Part shown: piece by piece, positions 31,200 through 34,118 of the stretch
How positions within the stretch are numbered: position 1 is the first letter of the stretch
Layout: each line of letters opens with the position of its first letter
Assembly: GCA_964615185.1 (NCBI GenBank)
Contig: CAZTOS010000017.1
Location: 1-34,118, forward strand
From: an uncultured Thermococci archaeon
GTDB lineage: Archaea; Methanobacteriota_B; Thermococci; Thermococcales; Thermococcaceae
Length of the DNA: 34,118 nt
Reading direction: 5' to 3'
The notes under the pieces: model-generated
The model's input: the letters and a program-made list of their open reading frames with translations, nothing else
Databases searched by the model: none
Told to the model about the DNA's origin: nothing
Made by a program: the position numbers and the translations under genes

Positions 31200-31879
31200 T
31201 GATTGAGGCTAAAAACGTTGAGAAGTTTTATGAGTTTGGTAAGGTCAAAGCTCTTAAGAGCATCAACTTAACCTTTGAGGATGGCAAGTTTTACATAGTC
31301 GCTGGAGCTTCTGGGAGCGGTAAGACTACTTTGCTCAACATTTTGACAGGCATTGACAAACCAACCAGCGGAAAGGTTACTGTGGATGGAAGTGACATCA
31401 CGGAGATGAAGGAGAAAGATCTCAGACGCTACCGTCTTGAGAACTTTGGAATAATCTTCCAGTTCTTTTACTTAGTGCCATATTTGACGGGCTTGGAAAA
31501 TGTTTTACTGCCAATGAAGTACTCCAAAAAGATCAAAAATCCAGAAGAGAGGGCATTAAAATTGCTGAAGCTTGTTAATGCAGAACACCTCAAAGATAAA
31601 ACGCCATCTCAAATGAGCGGCGGCGAAATGCAGAGGATTGCCATTGCAAGAGCCTTAGCAAACAAGCCTAAATACCTCTTTGCAGATGAACCAACCGCCA
31701 ATTTAGACTGGGAGAACAAGCTTCGTGTATGGAGGCTTCTGAGAAAAATAAACAAGGAGGAGAGCGTTACGGTTATAGCTTCAACCCACGAGAGGGAATT
31801 TTTCGAGTTTGCCGACGTTCTGATAATCCTCAAGGACGGTGAGGTTCATGAAATTAAAAGCAACCCTCAGAAAGCTTAA
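31199..31879 (+). CDS. LolD/MacB-type ABC ATPase
   Basis: GASGSGKTT, MSGGEMQR, ADEPTANLD. Confidence 0.92.
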   Translation: MIEAKNVEKFYEFGKVKALKSINLTFEDGKFYIVAGASGSGKTTLLNILTGIDKPTSGKVTVDGSDITEMKEKDLRRYRLENFGIIFQFFYLVPYLTGLENVLLPMKYSKKIKNPEERALKLLKLVNAEHLKDKTPSQMSGGEMQRIAIARALANKPKYLFADEPTANLDWENKLRVWRLLRKINKEESVTVIASTHEREFFEFADVLIILKDGEVHEIKSNPQKA

Positions 31880-33794
31880 ACGGGAGAAGAAAAAAGCGAT
31901 TGTTGTGTTTTTAGCATTTCTCTTCGTGAGCCTCGGTTTCAACTTTACCCTCTCGGGAATTGGTAGCATAAATAAGGCTGTTGAAAATTTTGCCAAGCTG
32001 GGGAATGTGGAGCTCGAAGTTGAAGGAGTCAGCGTTGAGGACTTAAGTAAATTTGGTGAGGTTGTAAACTATGTCTACTTCAATGACACAAAGGTTGAGT
32101 TTAACGGGAAGGAATACAGGGCAATGGTGGGTTACGGTGAGTTTAAGTCCTTCCATGTGAAAACACCTGAGGATGGTGCCATTGTTTTAGCATTCCCAGA
32201 AATAAAGAAGGGCAATAAAATCAAGATTAGGGGTAGGGAGTATGAAGTCAGGGCTTCGTACTACTACCTCATGGACATTCCCATCATCTTGGTGAACGAG
32301 AGGGGCCGGCATCTCTACGCCCTCATGCGTTGTAACAACACGGAGGCTTTGGCGGGCTTTTTAATGAAGAACGGGAAAGTTAGATATTTTCGGGTATACG
32401 AAGACGGCGAGATTCCATACATGGACAGCCTGAAGAACACCAAAAACTTCGCAATGAGCTTTTTCTATTTGCTCCTCGGCGCTTCTTTGGCAGTAGTAAT
32501 CCTGATCACAATAACACACGTCAAGGAGAACGTTAGGGAAATTGGGATTCTAAAAGCGCTCGGCATTCCAGATTCATTTACATCTTCCCTCTTTATTGGT
32601 GATTATCTTCTCGTTGCTTTAACTGCATATTTAGCTGGAATCCCACTTGGAATAGAGCTCGGCTATTCCTACATAGCCTCAAAGTTTCTAATACCAACAA
32701 GTCCAGATTATACTTACCCGCTAAAGTTCGACATCTTCATCCTGCTCGGCATAACTCTAATTCTTTCACTCCCCTACCTTTATGTTTCAAGGCTGAAAAC
32801 CATCGAAGCCCTGCGCTTTACGCCAAGGAAGAGCTCTTCGCTTAGGTTCTTTGCAACCTTCTTCATTATCTTTCTCGCCGCTTCTTCTGCATACTTTGGT
32901 ATCAGGAGCATTGAGAATTTGGTCAGCTTCAACATCCCCTACAACCTCATGGTTTGGGGCGAGCCTTTAAAAATCGCCCAAGTTCCCGGCGAAAAAGCTG
33001 GCTATTTAAGCGGGCAGAAAGTTGATGGAATAACCACAGAGATTTACTTTTTCGACTACAAAAGTATCTTTGAGAAAACCCTCGTCGCCGGCCGGTGGTT
33101 CAAGAAACCTGACGAGGCCGTTGTTGAGAAAGGCTTAGCTAAAAAGCTGAGCCTAAAGGTCGGTGATACAATTAAAGTTCAGCTCCTTGGGGAGTGGCAG
33201 GAGTACAAGGTTGTGGGCATAAGTAGCATGAACTTCTACGACTTCAAGGCGGTGTTTCTGCCGAAAGTTCCCTTCGTTCCCGATAAAGTTGCCTTCCTGA
33301 ATGTGAAAAATCCAGAAAAGCTGAGAGAGAAATATGAGAGGTTTGGTCTGGGTGCCGTCACAATGGAAGATTTGAAGAGGCAGACGAAAAGCAACTTAAT
33401 GCTCCTTAAGACCGCAGTCTACGGAGTAATTGGGATAATTTTCTTCATAAGCCTCTTTGCGCTCTTCGCTTTGATCTACCTTGAAATTGAGGGCAACGAG
33501 AAAGTTTATGCAACACTGAAAGCTATAGGCATTCCAAATTCTCACATTTGGAAGGAGTTCCTTAAGAATGCCCTGCCTTCGCTGATTGCTGGCTCGCTCT
33601 TAGCTCTGCCGATAAGCCTTAAAGTTGGAGAATACATCGGAAACATCGTTTTGCCAGCAACACTCAGCATAAGCGATTTGACCAAAGTAGTTCCGCTGTT
33701 GTTGGTGCTCTACTTACTCTATGGGATTTTCATAGTTTTGCTGACGAACAGAGCATTGAACAAGCTCAACGTAGTTAAAGCGTTGAGGAGTTAA
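31848..33794 (+). CDS. FtsX/MacB-type ABC permease with two FtsX repeats
   Basis: REIGILKALG and YATLKAIG repeats, two extracellular domains; ATG 31848. Confidence 0.88.
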   Translation: MKLKATLRKLKREKKKAIVVFLAFLFVSLGFNFTLSGIGSINKAVENFAKLGNVELEVEGVSVEDLSKFGEVVNYVYFNDTKVEFNGKEYRAMVGYGEFKSFHVKTPEDGAIVLAFPEIKKGNKIKIRGREYEVRASYYYLMDIPIILVNERGRHLYALMRCNNTEALAGFLMKNGKVRYFRVYEDGEIPYMDSLKNTKNFAMSFFYLLLGASLAVVILITITHVKENVREIGILKALGIPDSFTSSLFIGDYLLVALTAYLAGIPLGIELGYSYIASKFLIPTSPDYTYPLKFDIFILLGITLILSLPYLYVSRLKTIEALRFTPRKSSSLRFFATFFIIFLAASSAYFGIRSIENLVSFNIPYNLMVWGEPLKIAQVPGEKAGYLSGQKVDGITTEIYFFDYKSIFEKTLVAGRWFKKPDEAVVEKGLAKKLSLKVGDTIKVQLLGEWQEYKVVGISSMNFYDFKAVFLPKVPFVPDKVAFLNVKNPEKLREKYERFGLGAVTMEDLKRQTKSNLMLLKTAVYGVIGIIFFISLFALFALIYLEIEGNEKVYATLKAIGIPNSHIWKEFLKNALPSLIAGSLLALPISLKVGEYIGNIVLPATLSISDLTKVVPLLLVLYLLYGIFIVLLTNRALNKLNVVKALRS

Positions 33795-33820
33795 GTTTTT
33801 GATCTTTGGTTTTTTCTTTA
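33795..33820 (+). terminator. Oligo-T terminator at the end of the RiPP/export operon
   Basis: GTTTTTGATCTTTGGTTTTTTCTTT after the stop codon. Confidence 0.5.
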
Positions 33821-34118
33821 TACTACAATCAATCAGTCATTCTCCTTTAGAAAGGTGTGTACTTGGATTTTATTTTTATAGTCTGCTCACTTCACTCATT
33901 TCCTTGATTCAGAAAAGAGCTTTCGAAAGCTCATCAGTTAAAAGTCTGCACCCAACTAATTAAAATGTTCAATACAAGTCTTGTTATAAACGGTAGAGTG
34001 TAAATAAGAGTTTGTAGGTTATTTTTGCTCAGATTTATCACTTTGATCAGCTCGTGTATTATTTTAGGCTGTTATCTTGTGTTTACAGGAATGCAGTAAC
34101 GGCTTATCAACGATGTTG

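Noticed and set aside
33905..33945. Minus-strand CTGATGAG-CTTT-CGAAA resembling a hammerhead core or C/D box, within the 16-bp palindrome GAGCTTTCGAAAGCTC (33917-33932)
   Set aside because: I could not build stems I/III with a valid NUH site, nor a complete C/D'/C'/D set with normal spacing; at most a hairpin.

Overview
Archaeal window, very probably Thermococcales: it carries GAPOR (gor), archaeal tpiA, TGM operators, GGAGGTGA ribosome-binding sites, BRE/TATA promoters and a CGP-CTERM-like sorting signal. Left to right: (1) the probable end of an IS982-family element and a small RHH-like ORF; (2) a glycerol operon (glpF, glpK, three-subunit G3P dehydrogenase) followed by gor; (3) three secreted/surface proteins, the first broken by an in-frame TAG; (4) tpiA; (5) a sugar/compatible-solute locus (TrmB-family regulator, GH38 mannosidase, ABC importer, two Gfo/Idh/MocA enzymes, a glycosyl-glycerate-synthase-like glycosyltransferase) that preserves remnants of two paralogous cassettes that decayed reciprocally; (6) an AT-rich candidate archaeal RiPP cluster. 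This last cluster is the main find. A 31-aa precursor absent from the ORF track (26908-27003, MEYEAPKIEKVEGKVEPYGTLGAACCCILQE; lasso-like YxxP leader, CCC core) precedes a radical SAM/SPASM enzyme, a stand-alone PqqD/RRE, a divergent MfnF/hydantoinase-like ASKHA protein and two ABC exporters, with a divergently transcribed GGR-family flavoprotein. All family assignments come from reading motifs by eye; no database search was run.
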